In this document: positions 30,001 to 38,701 of the stretch, in pieces
Layout of the letters: the number at the start of each line of letters is the position of its first letter
Numbering within the stretch: position 1 is the first letter of the stretch
Virus record (IMG/VR): IMGVR_UViG_3300010412_000005
Location: 1-64,000 of that record
DNA length: 64,000 bases
DNA from: a virus
Direction: 5' to 3' (one strand)
Made by a program: the position numbers and the translations under genes
Notes under the pieces: generated by a model
What the model was told of the DNA's origin: nothing
Seen by the model: the letters and a program-made list of their open reading frames with translations, nothing else
The model's database searches: none

Positions 30001-33000
30001 CTGAGAACCGCGTTCGAATCAAGGAGCTGAACGACATTGCTGACCTGGGCAAGAACCACCCAAGCTACAAGCTGGTCAAGGGCAGGTTCACGATGGGTGT
30101 TGGGTATGAGCGCATGGCTGAATTGCTTGCGGAGGTTGGGCTTAACCCAAGCCTGCTGACAAAGCCGAAGCCGGGTCAGAACGTGCAGCTTGAGTTCGTT
30201 GGGGACGATGGCGTGACCAAGATCATGCACACCATCGCGACTCCGAAGACCAATGAGCGTGTGCTGCGTAGGAAGACGAAGGCTGGCAAGGTTGTCGAGA
30301 CGAAGATTCCGTTCGAGTCTGTGGTGGTTGGAAAAATGTTCGACTACTACGTCGAACGCATCCAGCAGATCTACAAGCGCATCCAGGATCATCAGGTAGC
30401 CAGGGCAAACATGAAGGCTCTGGTTGCAAGAAGGCTGTTCGCTGAGGCTTTCAGGCTTCCAATCATCGAAGGTCCGTTTAAGGGTGTTCTCCTTCAGGCC
30501 AAGAACCAGCAGAGGAATCCAAGACATCAGATGCTTGGGCGAGCCAAGGCTGTCATCGGGGCAGAGCAGGCTGCTGCTGGAAAGAAAGCTGAGGAGGAAT
30601 ACCTGCCTGAAATTGATACGAGCGGCTTCTACGAGTATCGACTCGTCAGCAATAAGATCTGGACGAAGGCCAAGTTCGAGACCGACGAAAACGTCAAGTT
30701 CCAGGCGTCATTCATTCCGCTCGGAACTGTTTTGCTTCAGGTTGAAAGCGAAGGCGAGTTCCACAATCGTCAGACAGTCAGCACCAACGCAATGGAGGCT
30801 GAGGAGGTTGAGCTTGAGCGAAAGAAAGGCGAGACTGACGAGGAATATGAAGAGCGAGTTGAGATGGCAAAGCTCAAGTCTCGCTTTGATGTTAAGGCTG
30901 TAGAAGCTTTCTTGGCTGTAGAGAAACAGCCTAAGACAGGACGACACTTTGCACGCATAGTCATTCGCGGTGGAACTAAAGCAAAGCCTGAATGGGAAAC
31001 TATCTACCGCGTAGACCTTCAGAAGCTTCAGAATAGCGGACTTGCAAAACCATTTACCAAAGAAGAAACCAAGAGTGGGAAGACTGATGGCTGGTATATC
31101 AACAGGCATGCAGTCAACAACTCTGCATGGTGGGAAGTCGCTAAGCCTGATAGGCGTGACTATCTGAGTCCTGAAGACTTTGCAAACTACTATCCACACA
31201 AGCTCGGGCTTCTTCCTGGAGATGTGCTTGCACAGGCTCGGTGGGTTTCGATGGTGTCTGAAGGAAGTGATGCAGAGAGAATCATCAATGAGCGCGTCAG
31301 TGGATTGAGCAGCACATCGGTAGGGACGTTCAATCAGAAGATCACTGAAGCTGCACCAGATACATTCTCTGCTACCCGTTTCAACATGGAAGATGTTGAG
31401 GGTGGAAACTTGATGGATTGGCTTGAGGAGAATCTAAGCAAGTCAGCCAAAGGTATAGAGATCCTCAAGCGTATTCACTCCATTGACCCTCTTGCTGAGT
31501 TGACACCTGAAGGTAGAGATCCTTGGCAAATCGTCAGGGATGAGATCCTTGTCATAAACGGAATTCCTATTGGCAAGGATGCTACTAAGACTCAGGAACA
31601 GCTTGCTCTTGCTGACAAGATTGAGAAATCTCTGAATCGGGTTCATGAGTCTCGCGTGTCTGGTGGTGTTCAATTCCGTGGCGGTGGTCGCAGGACACGC
31701 ATAAGCGATGTCAATCCAGACGTCATCAACAAGCCTGCTATAGGCAAGGCTGCAATTCGCGAGCTGATCAACACTGAGAACAACGGATTAAGCCCAAGAG
31801 CGAAGCGGCTTGCCAACCTGATGCTCGATGTGCTTCCTGATACGATCCTTGAAGATCTTACGTTTGTGATCACTCCTGGATACGAGATCGGCAACGACGC
31901 GACAGTCGAATACACCGGGTCATTTAGCCATGCTTGGAGAATCGCAAGGTTCGTCAGCACATCTGGAAGTGTTCACACAGCTGCTGAGGAACTCGCGCAT
32001 GCTGCTGCCATGTTCCTTCCTGCTGAGCACAAGGGAGCCGTTGAGGAATATCGGCAAATTGAGATACGTCAGGCTCTTGAGAACCCAACCACTCCTGAGA
32101 TCGTAAAGACTTTCCTGAAGGACATGGAGGCTAACGGTGGTGCGTTCACCAGTGAAGACTTCATGCACCGCAGGGGTAATCAATACCTGCTGCCTTACTA
32201 CCACCTGATCAACACAGATGAGTTCTTTGCCCATAACATGGTTGCTGCCACTGATCGTAAAGGCAGGACAAACCTGCAGAAGGCAGTTGATAAAGCAAAG
32301 AGCATCATCTCTGGGTTCCTGAAGGGAATCAAAAAGGCGATGCGCATGATGAACGCGCAGCGCGATTCTTACTTCGACGAACTGATCGCCAAGTTCGAAG
32401 CCGGTGACTTTGAGGTTACAGCCAACGGTGGGTTCTTGCATGAGATCAATAAGGACGTAGACATGGGCGCTGTTGCCGTCGCGTGGACTGCTGGTCAGGT
32501 CAAGCGCCAAGCAGAGACTATCCCAGTTTCTACTGCGGGTGGTCCTGCTTTGGCGTTTACCAAGGCGCAGCGAGGGACTGTAATCGCGGCTGGAAATGTA
32601 GAACCATATACCATCCTTTCCGCCCTTACTGCCAAAAGAGAGGCACAAGGAAGAAAGCTCAGCGCAAAGGCAAAGCAGATCTGTCTGATCGACAACTTCC
32701 AAGAAGTGATCGAAACCGTCCGTAATGTGTTCAAGGTTCCGATTGGACAGTTCAAAGACACGATCACCAATCTTCCAGCTGTATGGCTGAAGGAACAAAC
32801 AATCTTAGCTGCAAGCTCGTCCGTGAACTTCATACGCGAGCGAATGAACAAGGTTAAGAAAGCCAGGGATACATGGATGGCTAAGCTAACGTCTCCTAAG
32901 TTCATTCAGGACATGAGGAAGTTTGCTAAGCTGAAGATCGAGGTTCTTGGCCAAGAGGCAATCGCTGCAAGACTCGAAGAGCGCATTAAATCTCATCTTG

Positions 33001-36000
33001 CTTTGCTGCGTGCGCGTCTTGCAGATCCGAATCTTGATCCCAACAGCCCATTGGCAGCCAATGCAGCTCGCGAAATAGATCTTTATGAATCATATATGAC
33101 CTACTCTATGGGCATCGCCCAGAAGGTAGAGCAGATGATCACAGCATTGTCGCTGACTGAGCAGGGCAACGAGCTGCTGCAGAATCCTTGGGGAAATCTT
33201 GATCCTCGCGCAGTAACGAAAGCATATAAAGACACTGCTCCTCCTCCAGAACAGCTTCAGGTTGGCAATGCAATCATAGAGGCAGCTGCATACTTCATAG
33301 CAACTGAACCAGCTATAAGGCAGTTGATGGCAGCTGCTGTGTATCAGGCTGACCCTGAAGTAGCAAACTTGACTGATCAGTTGACGATGGACATGACCAA
33401 CATGATGGACGAGTTGGTCAAAGCTCCAGCTGGGTTACGTGCAGTCGGCAAGGGCGACGACTTGGTTAACAAGTTCATGCGTCTGATCAGAGCCACGCAG
33501 AAGTCGACTGCTGCCGAGACGAAGGCAAAGACTGTTATGCGAGCGCAGCAGATTAAGCTTCGTAAAGTGATCAACAGGGCTCAGATGCTTGATGAAGCAT
33601 ACGAGTTCTACCAGGAGCTGATGGCAGATCCTGATTGGATCGCATACGAAGGTGAGATTGCCGATCTTGCTGGTGCTCTTCACATTCCAGAGAACTGGAA
33701 ACATGTCGGTAGCGATCCTGTGTCAGGCATTGTGAAGATGCCGCTTCCGATGACTGCTCCGAAGGTAACGACCAGTGGAACTGAGAACGCATACCATGTT
33801 GTAAAACTGCACGACAACTTGGCCAGATGGGAGGCTGAGCGCGTAAAGGTTCAGGAGTCCATTGATCAGATGACTCAGTGGCTAGTAAACAATGGCAACG
33901 ATGAAACTCTTGATGCCAAGTATTTCAAGTCGATGATTAAGTATGGGCAGATGCTGCTCGACTCATCCTTGGTAAACGACATACAAGGCAATCACCAGGG
34001 TGGGTTCAACTTCATCAACGCGATCTTCAATAAGTGGACCGCAATGTGGGAAGGTATTGCTCGTTCGGCTCCAGTGCGTGCAATTCAGAATTCGCGTATT
34101 GCTGTCAGAGCGTGGAGCGATTCGATGTTGCTCATGAACAAGTGGTATCAGAAGTGGGGTGATCGGATTGCAACACTTCTGCATAAAGCCACAGACTCTC
34201 ACAGCGACATCGTTGATATCAGTGACAGAAACAAGTCTGTCTACGACTGGTTCAATGAGGTAGGCAGAGAATTGTTCCACCTTGCCAACGAGGGATACGA
34301 TCCGAAAGCAGGAGATACTCTTCCTGATGCTCAAATAGAGATCACGCAGGACGATATCAACTGCCTAAAGGAAATGGTTACTGCAGCAGACGAGGCATAC
34401 GAGATTGATGTCACGCGAGGGCGAGAAGTAATTCCTTCAAGGACCGTAACTGACGAGTTCATTCCTGGAATGCCGTATCAACGTCGTGCTATGAAGCTTG
34501 TTCAATACATGCTTCCACGCACGTTCAACAAAGCTGCAATGGACTTTACTAAGAAGTGGCTCATTGAGCATGCTGGTTACGACGCTGATCGTAATAACTA
34601 CAGTTTCAGGGATATGGCTGGAGCTACTGAGCTTCTCGATCAGCACTGGTATCTGTTGAAGGCGTTCCTCAGCGACAGAGACCTTGGTTTCACTGACAAG
34701 AAGAGCCCACTGGAAGTAGGTGCATACCCGGCATTGCTTGAAAAGATCAGAAATGAAGAGATAACCAACGTAGAAGACTTCCTGGCTGCGCTCGATACGT
34801 TCAGCATCACTGAAGAAAACTTCGATGCACGACAGCAGTTCTGGAAGGACTTCTTCCATCTGCAGAAGGGAATCTACAATAAGGCTGTTACTGACAAATC
34901 GTCAGAGACGGATTCACAGCGTAAAGGGGTTTACATTCCATTCGAGCAGGAGAACTCATTCACGCGTGGTCGCGGTCAAAGGATCGCGCCGTATGCATGG
35001 TATAATCACGGATTCCACAGCACGGCACAGACAATGTCGTTCATGCTGAATGGATCTTCCCACTATCTGAACTGGGTAAGCAGATCAGTAGAGGACTCTA
35101 TCCTTGTATTGAAGGACATGCAGGACGATTACCAGAAACGCATTGATGCGTTGGAAGGAAAGAGAGAGCCGAGTAAGGAGACAAGGAAGCGTAGGCTGAT
35201 TGAGGAAACCAAAGCGAATCGTCAGGCGATGCGCCTGAACGAGGAGCGAATTAAGCTTGAGGATATCGACAGCACTATCAAAGCGCTAAGAGACTTCAGA
35301 ACTGAACTTCAGAAGGTATTCGCCTCTGAAGGTAAGCTGCTTGAAGAAGAGACGCTGCAGTGGAACAGGTTCTTTGGCCTGTATATGGGTGGTGCTATCT
35401 CAAGCTTCCGCACTGGCATTCAGAACATGCTGCAGTCAGCAATCGGTTACTCGTCTTGGAGGTTGCAGCGTCTGCGTGGTGGAATCTTCAGTGTGTGGCC
35501 ACAGCATGCGTTTAGGCTGACCTGGGATCTTGCACAGATGGCACCATACTCAGCTATCCGTGCAATCTACGATGCTGCTCCATTCATTGGGAAGGTGCAT
35601 TACATCAAAGCTCTCAAGGAAATGGGCATGCTGTTCAGCGTGTCGAACTATCAGAAGTATGGTCTGGCTAACATCCCTCGTCAGGTAACGCTCACGTTGA
35701 ATGAGTTGTTCTCTGACATGGTTCAAGACCTTGCTGATGGAGCGTGGAAGCGAGGAAGGATTTACAGAGAACTCGCAGAGCGCGGACTTAACAACCCGTT
35801 CAACACGCGCTACCACCTTGAGTCGGTTGCGGAGTCGTTCACAAGCCTTGGAAGGATTACATACAAGGAGACTGACAAGCCTGTTGCTGCAGAAGGTCCT
35901 GTTGATTGGGTGTGGAAACAGATGTGGAACGTGCTCAAGACTACCGGCAAGGGTATGCTTGGAGCTGTTGATATCGGCATGGCGCTTACGATAAGGCCAT

Positions 36001-37541
36001 TCCTTCCTCGCGCTGGTGACATGATGGCTAATCAGGTTGCAGCTGAGACAGTGTTCTCAGCTATGCACGCAGTAGAAAGCAGCCTTCGGCACAACTACCT
36101 GAGAGCTAAGGATCGTGGTGCTGATCCTCGCATCGTTGGAACAATTCTTCCAACTGATGTGCTGCCGCGTTGGTTCAGGCTTCCGCGCAACAATCTGTCG
36201 GCGCTGTCTGATCTGAAGAACTGGTTCCAAGGTGCTGCCGTTGATCTCAAGGGCGCAATCAATGACTTCTATGATCGCCTTGATGCTGCCGGTGATGATC
36301 CGAAAGCTCTTGGTGAGGTTCGGTTCCTTGATCATGAGCAGATCTGGAATCTTGCTCAGCAGCATCTTGAGGATGTTAACGTGGCAACGCCCGCCAACCG
36401 TCCAGCCATCGCAAAACGGAACACGATCAACCGTATTCTGTTCGCACTCAAAGGATGGAGATGGAACATGTTCAGCAAGATCATGGACATGATGGGTGGT
36501 GCCATGATGAAGCATGAGAGCGTGGCGCTAAGAGCATGGGAGAAGTTTGGAAATATGTATTACATCCTATCCGCAGCAGCCATCGGTGGTCTCGCTGGGT
36601 ATTGGTTGTTGGAGACGCTGACAAGGGCGATCTACCTTGCGCTATTCGGAGAGATCCGAAGCGTCAGAAAGCTTGAGGATGTGTCTGCTAAGCCAACCGA
36701 AGTTGCTGTCGGAATGGCATCCATCGTTCCGTTCCTCGATACCGCTGTGAACCTCACGTTCAACACGCAGCCTTCCAAGGCAAGATTCAGTCCTGGAAGT
36801 CTGGTCGACAGCATGATGCTTCAGGTCATGAACTACGTTGCTGGTGCATACAACAGCAAGGATCTGACTTACGGTGTCGACCGCGCTGTCGTGACGTTAC
36901 AGCCGACAATCGGCAAGCTTGTGATGAACAGGATGCCGGGTGCTACCGGCAAGATCGAGAACTGGAATGCCAGCAGGCTCCTGATCAGGCATGGCGAAGA
37001 TTCGTGGCTCAGGGAGTCAAGGTTCGGTGGTCAGATGTCTGGAATGTTCGTGACTCCATACACGCCAATCGCTGACCGCATGGTGAACGCAGCCATGCAG
37101 AACGATATCGGAAGGGTCCAGGAAGAATACATGGACGGCGTGACTCAGATGGTGATGAACGAGAACATCCCATACGAGGAAGCCCAGCGTCGTATGCGTC
37201 AGATGTTCACCAGTCGCAATCCATACGACCGCGCATACAAGCGCAGGCTGACATCTATGGAAAGGGCTCAGGTCCTCAACAAGATGGACATGGACGACAG
37301 GGACAGAGTCCAAGCTGTTGAGCGCAAGTTTGAAGCAGCAGCCAACGCCATCGGCGCGAACGTGAACTTCGAAAAGCAGGAGCGTCTGTTCAAGGCTGGA
37401 AAGACAGCAGTATCGCGGTTGCAGGCCATTCGAAAGCAGAGACGTGCAATGCTCATGAGCAACTCTGCAGCTCGCAGGGCGAGCATAAACATCATGGATC
37501 GCAGTCGTGGACTGTTGACTCGTGGACGAGTCTTACTATGA
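24057..37541 (+). CDS. giant internal virion / polyvalent-type protein (4,494 aa)
   Basis: YDPF N-terminus, Gly-rich hydrophobic helices, EGLEE motif, coiled coil, degenerate zincin motif EELAH...DEFFA, helical C-terminal region. Confidence 0.8.
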   Translation: MPESYDPFSDLQDPNVAVSEPPLPPAPGRPAAPQEQQFDRKQFVVDVLEDIERSPEYQAYKRNRKEAALKEELRQQRQRTADFGESVLGNLLHLKSGDLQLAKIGAIFSGWANRKLGMPEAAAVADRKADEYRQEQKEIRSAIDGLNMGAVARTAGQFGESFIVSSPTLVVPGTAATAAARAGLGVAGASMVGLGAGAGVGGGISGISVYDDARDQYIAQGFSEEEASEMAKYPGWVSGIGTAAITALFGRTGVERSAFLKLPKDKVIGVLRQVFNQAGLEGLEEGADEIYQKITGYLTYHPDMPVEQAISEVGAAFGLGMAMGGGVEILGQIVNMSPPEIKALNEREFPRPQERPKTRKEAEGSPILPASTPKQGQTKPTVKSVQSNEEAARQLWGAMKPEERLKVIGPQGAAAPLPLEAINWEDLTEEEQLKVYDQFNLSVEPVGGRIPATAPAMPTAEDLAENERLTKAMRMSLIGSPEHEAAWAAKEQLKAKYGGHDLTKIGTEVPVAEAAAPAEPTAPGDQAWATRLSPSDSLAVRSAEPIDPTTITSVTKDTNDAGQTVYAIIYDNGKYIGYDDNPAWELHPLFGKKITPAAPAAPAEPGALANHADQVTVPQGIPASENTAYRSLETNPQITVEEFAGMDNEQRANHARSIGLNATGLSYAVGHNATVTENDILLLKTAYDQARARGQQLADESSKRTLTDAELNELSQLGQVENAMAEAIGAATDTGSAGFTLRKLPNYRPNFRGLINEPKRQSNQPEVKAAKNRAVTEVTAQTSDIPTTLATNLPDDQEQLAREQVFKGLKPAEFSPAQAKIYKGRDRANYDKRVLELRALAFIAPTLARGETLVFPDTATLGKIKKNHPGIYRLLQDEISRLTTPPRADTPSQEAAASTPTQDLPKNEDQSNPLSLKEMSKSAVEHFISTLNLLKQAAESKVRSAKHVKKQKSVLAKQGKTLKEFKKVQALHAEALQEVSRIEKRVAGLRSQLAEAAAVAPTAENARSILTTLVSRTQNKLRLARINSQRLQEQHDSLIAQAQAALDAVPVGPASPTTLAKIADLRARAETLGKKKMAQVKTVESLQAEIKEYQRQIEDIKRMPKDAPIDREAIRSQIKDLEARRQRVSEKIPGRAEAMDTLRKRLVDLELQYRKAFLEEVDERSGGKVSEFMQKREAAGAEYRGTSWAIANIRAALATYGYQFDVQPYVRKFVEREVTDPVTGQKAVIKEYTRRIGGTVGAVIAQRLRAGDVEVAEQFEANDFLTIRPVPNFFVREGEEINWPEAAKSFLTLIEKPTEAQKKSAEGVTSSDSFVAWFKENIVPAVMGIQERLSKAEAALTELQNSVSDFGLTKQSTWSYDAKSNEFKWGIDSFLAPDPNYVVWMSEINSRSPLGSDPSSTVVIPPGAGQSLPLEPDFEGEQVKIPHVHPGDRPQTKEGMFNPGKGDVTWQIAYYTQDDDGRMGDTIVVLQRSHHRVFHIVTIKDGVVVEDVRAPQDKTTGRTNYKTAVQAAQSKLKGKIQSAFWTAERGFQIPTVYSLSPLTDGTVPSNVSGQGSVLWTPAVELDSIEDALYRAAAAGELRPGMSKDAISKAVTKAVAGISPWHYSAYKKSFQAQRYWRSQAENIIRNATQDAIMATQIASSGRKPNTEVLARAFGIANPTFTPKKMPKLELAQAEYIRRALSVPRGTTDFQETVEVESTFEVKYPRTTQTRENGSRVVSIELDHPTAPAVLGTPYFRRTTPLVAKQEDSIIITKDGRAYGWFVFTEATTAAEKNNIFATIDGNPSATAYTETVTKRAPRMKMDPADRVEHAEDYLQSRVVQRLEQPTNNPTTQQLAAEAAATVDKLRETKTGRDILQNFLEDARDVRLGRSRFVNNMLRLFNTASFSEQYAVQVDDSTVERYVDVSIPNVMEKTRVLVEANTTNEEAYAAAVSQLVDQMSMAVSPQMLRIFGVSGATYSEMSYEPNLDGYVRLKKGMEAPENRVRIKELNDIADLGKNHPSYKLVKGRFTMGVGYERMAELLAEVGLNPSLLTKPKPGQNVQLEFVGDDGVTKIMHTIATPKTNERVLRRKTKAGKVVETKIPFESVVVGKMFDYYVERIQQIYKRIQDHQVARANMKALVARRLFAEAFRLPIIEGPFKGVLLQAKNQQRNPRHQMLGRAKAVIGAEQAAAGKKAEEEYLPEIDTSGFYEYRLVSNKIWTKAKFETDENVKFQASFIPLGTVLLQVESEGEFHNRQTVSTNAMEAEEVELERKKGETDEEYEERVEMAKLKSRFDVKAVEAFLAVEKQPKTGRHFARIVIRGGTKAKPEWETIYRVDLQKLQNSGLAKPFTKEETKSGKTDGWYINRHAVNNSAWWEVAKPDRRDYLSPEDFANYYPHKLGLLPGDVLAQARWVSMVSEGSDAERIINERVSGLSSTSVGTFNQKITEAAPDTFSATRFNMEDVEGGNLMDWLEENLSKSAKGIEILKRIHSIDPLAELTPEGRDPWQIVRDEILVINGIPIGKDATKTQEQLALADKIEKSLNRVHESRVSGGVQFRGGGRRTRISDVNPDVINKPAIGKAAIRELINTENNGLSPRAKRLANLMLDVLPDTILEDLTFVITPGYEIGNDATVEYTGSFSHAWRIARFVSTSGSVHTAAEELAHAAAMFLPAEHKGAVEEYRQIEIRQALENPTTPEIVKTFLKDMEANGGAFTSEDFMHRRGNQYLLPYYHLINTDEFFAHNMVAATDRKGRTNLQKAVDKAKSIISGFLKGIKKAMRMMNAQRDSYFDELIAKFEAGDFEVTANGGFLHEINKDVDMGAVAVAWTAGQVKRQAETIPVSTAGGPALAFTKAQRGTVIAAGNVEPYTILSALTAKREAQGRKLSAKAKQICLIDNFQEVIETVRNVFKVPIGQFKDTITNLPAVWLKEQTILAASSSVNFIRERMNKVKKARDTWMAKLTSPKFIQDMRKFAKLKIEVLGQEAIAARLEERIKSHLALLRARLADPNLDPNSPLAANAAREIDLYESYMTYSMGIAQKVEQMITALSLTEQGNELLQNPWGNLDPRAVTKAYKDTAPPPEQLQVGNAIIEAAAYFIATEPAIRQLMAAAVYQADPEVANLTDQLTMDMTNMMDELVKAPAGLRAVGKGDDLVNKFMRLIRATQKSTAAETKAKTVMRAQQIKLRKVINRAQMLDEAYEFYQELMADPDWIAYEGEIADLAGALHIPENWKHVGSDPVSGIVKMPLPMTAPKVTTSGTENAYHVVKLHDNLARWEAERVKVQESIDQMTQWLVNNGNDETLDAKYFKSMIKYGQMLLDSSLVNDIQGNHQGGFNFINAIFNKWTAMWEGIARSAPVRAIQNSRIAVRAWSDSMLLMNKWYQKWGDRIATLLHKATDSHSDIVDISDRNKSVYDWFNEVGRELFHLANEGYDPKAGDTLPDAQIEITQDDINCLKEMVTAADEAYEIDVTRGREVIPSRTVTDEFIPGMPYQRRAMKLVQYMLPRTFNKAAMDFTKKWLIEHAGYDADRNNYSFRDMAGATELLDQHWYLLKAFLSDRDLGFTDKKSPLEVGAYPALLEKIRNEEITNVEDFLAALDTFSITEENFDARQQFWKDFFHLQKGIYNKAVTDKSSETDSQRKGVYIPFEQENSFTRGRGQRIAPYAWYNHGFHSTAQTMSFMLNGSSHYLNWVSRSVEDSILVLKDMQDDYQKRIDALEGKREPSKETRKRRLIEETKANRQAMRLNEERIKLEDIDSTIKALRDFRTELQKVFASEGKLLEEETLQWNRFFGLYMGGAISSFRTGIQNMLQSAIGYSSWRLQRLRGGIFSVWPQHAFRLTWDLAQMAPYSAIRAIYDAAPFIGKVHYIKALKEMGMLFSVSNYQKYGLANIPRQVTLTLNELFSDMVQDLADGAWKRGRIYRELAERGLNNPFNTRYHLESVAESFTSLGRITYKETDKPVAAEGPVDWVWKQMWNVLKTTGKGMLGAVDIGMALTIRPFLPRAGDMMANQVAAETVFSAMHAVESSLRHNYLRAKDRGADPRIVGTILPTDVLPRWFRLPRNNLSALSDLKNWFQGAAVDLKGAINDFYDRLDAAGDDPKALGEVRFLDHEQIWNLAQQHLEDVNVATPANRPAIAKRNTINRILFALKGWRWNMFSKIMDMMGGAMMKHESVALRAWEKFGNMYYILSAAAIGGLAGYWLLETLTRAIYLALFGEIRSVRKLEDVSAKPTEVAVGMASIVPFLDTAVNLTFNTQPSKARFSPGSLVDSMMLQVMNYVAGAYNSKDLTYGVDRAVVTLQPTIGKLVMNRMPGATGKIENWNASRLLIRHGEDSWLRESRFGGQMSGMFVTPYTPIADRMVNAAMQNDIGRVQEEYMDGVTQMVMNENIPYEEAQRRMRQMFTSRNPYDRAYKRRLTSMERAQVLNKMDMDDRDRVQAVERKFEAAANAIGANVNFEKQERLFKAGKTAVSRLQAIRKQRRAMLMSNSAARRASINIMDRSRGLLTRGRVLL

Positions 37542-37548
37542 TGCGCAC

Positions 37549-38316
37549 ATGACCTACGCTGTAGCTATTGGCGCTGCTGGTTACCCTCACTTCGTTGAGT
37601 TGAACATCTGCCTTGTCAGGGACGTCCTTGGCAAGGACACACCTGTCGTTGTGTGTGACGACTACTCACAGGATAGCCCACAGATTGAGCGAGTAGCAGC
37701 GAAGCGAGATTGTTTCTACATGCGCAATGACGTTCCCCTTGGCCACTTTCAAGGGGATGTCCAGGCGTTTATACATGCCCTATCACTTGCTGAGGTAGAG
37801 AAGCGAGACATTGCTTTGAAGCTTAGCCAACGCTGCTCGATCTGCAGTCCAGATGTGAAGGCTATCGTTGAAGCAGCGTTCCTAGCAGACGATAAGATCT
37901 CAGTTGTATGCCCAGGAAGACCTGACCCTCGAAGAATCAGGAAGGGTCACGAACAGTTTGCTCGCTTCCCAATCCTCACCGACATCGTATTCATGAAGGC
38001 GAACTCAGTATCGCCAGAGTTCATCAAAGAAGCGTATCTCCAGCAGGTAAGGAACGGTAAGGCTTACCACGATTGCTTCGTTGAGGTTTTCTTTTGGAAC
38101 CTGAAGGAGAAGCAGATGCCGAACCGCGTCCACCTTTGCCCCGCTTTGACCGACCATCGCGGTGGGCAGCCGCCGCTTTACTTGCGCCGTTATCAGAACA
38201 CGCAGCTTGACTACCAGCGCTACGGCGACCGATATGGGATACATCCAGTCGCTTGGGAACTGGAGGAGCGGGTGAAGCTGACGAAGCGCTACGATCCACG
38301 TCCGAAGGCGTTTTGA
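37549..38316 (+). CDS. GT-A fold (GT2-like) glycosyltransferase
   Basis: PVVVCDDYSQD motif, N..LGH..GD, IALKLSQ in place of the DxD strand. Confidence 0.6.
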   Translation: MTYAVAIGAAGYPHFVELNICLVRDVLGKDTPVVVCDDYSQDSPQIERVAAKRDCFYMRNDVPLGHFQGDVQAFIHALSLAEVEKRDIALKLSQRCSICSPDVKAIVEAAFLADDKISVVCPGRPDPRRIRKGHEQFARFPILTDIVFMKANSVSPEFIKEAYLQQVRNGKAYHDCFVEVFFWNLKEKQMPNRVHLCPALTDHRGGQPPLYLRRYQNTQLDYQRYGDRYGIHPVAWELEERVKLTKRYDPRPKAF

Positions 38317-38701
38317 TTCCAACAGCTTTCAGGTATTTCTGGAATGCTTCTCTGCACAGCCACTTCGTTTTGCTTGATCTGATCACATCATCATCGCTGT
38401 GAGGAGTGCTGGTCTCGACGATGACGTTCGAGGAATCAACACCTATGAACGAGTGCCAAGTCTTGCGAGGAATAGTTACGCAATCAGATGGAACAAGCAG
38501 CGTGCATTCGTTGCCTATGACAAGGATCACCCGGCCACTCATAACTGTGAACGTCTCGGTCTTCTTCGGGTGCTTGTGGTAGCTGCACTGCCATGCCTTG
38601 TTGAGGATGAGAATCTTGCCGCAGTATAGAGAGTTGTTCTCAAGCCACAGCTCTTGACCCCAGTCTTTGTGGTGTATTTCCCAGGTGCGTTTCTTGATCA
38701 T
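38024..38701 (-). CDS. cupin, sugar isomerase-like, with long low-complexity tail
   Basis: KDWGQE, CSYHKHPKKTETF, WHSF, ETST..DDD cupin motifs. Confidence 0.8.
   Translation of the reverse strand: MIKKRTWEIHHKDWGQELWLENNSLYCGKILILNKAWQCSYHKHPKKTETFTVMSGRVILVIGNECTLLVPSDCVTIPRKTWHSFIGVDSSNVIVETSTPHSDDDVIRSSKTKWLCREAFQKYLKAVGIKTPSDVDRSASSASPAPPVPKRLDVSHIGRRSAGSQAACSDNGASKAAAAHRDGRSKRGKGGRGSASASPSGSKRKPQRSNRGKPYRSLPAGDTLL

Noticed and set aside
24057-37541. Virion RNA polymerase or DarB methylase-helicase
   Set aside because: No DxDGD-type, T7/N4-type polymerase, NPPY/F or DExH motifs recognised by eye; a divergent enzyme cannot be excluded.
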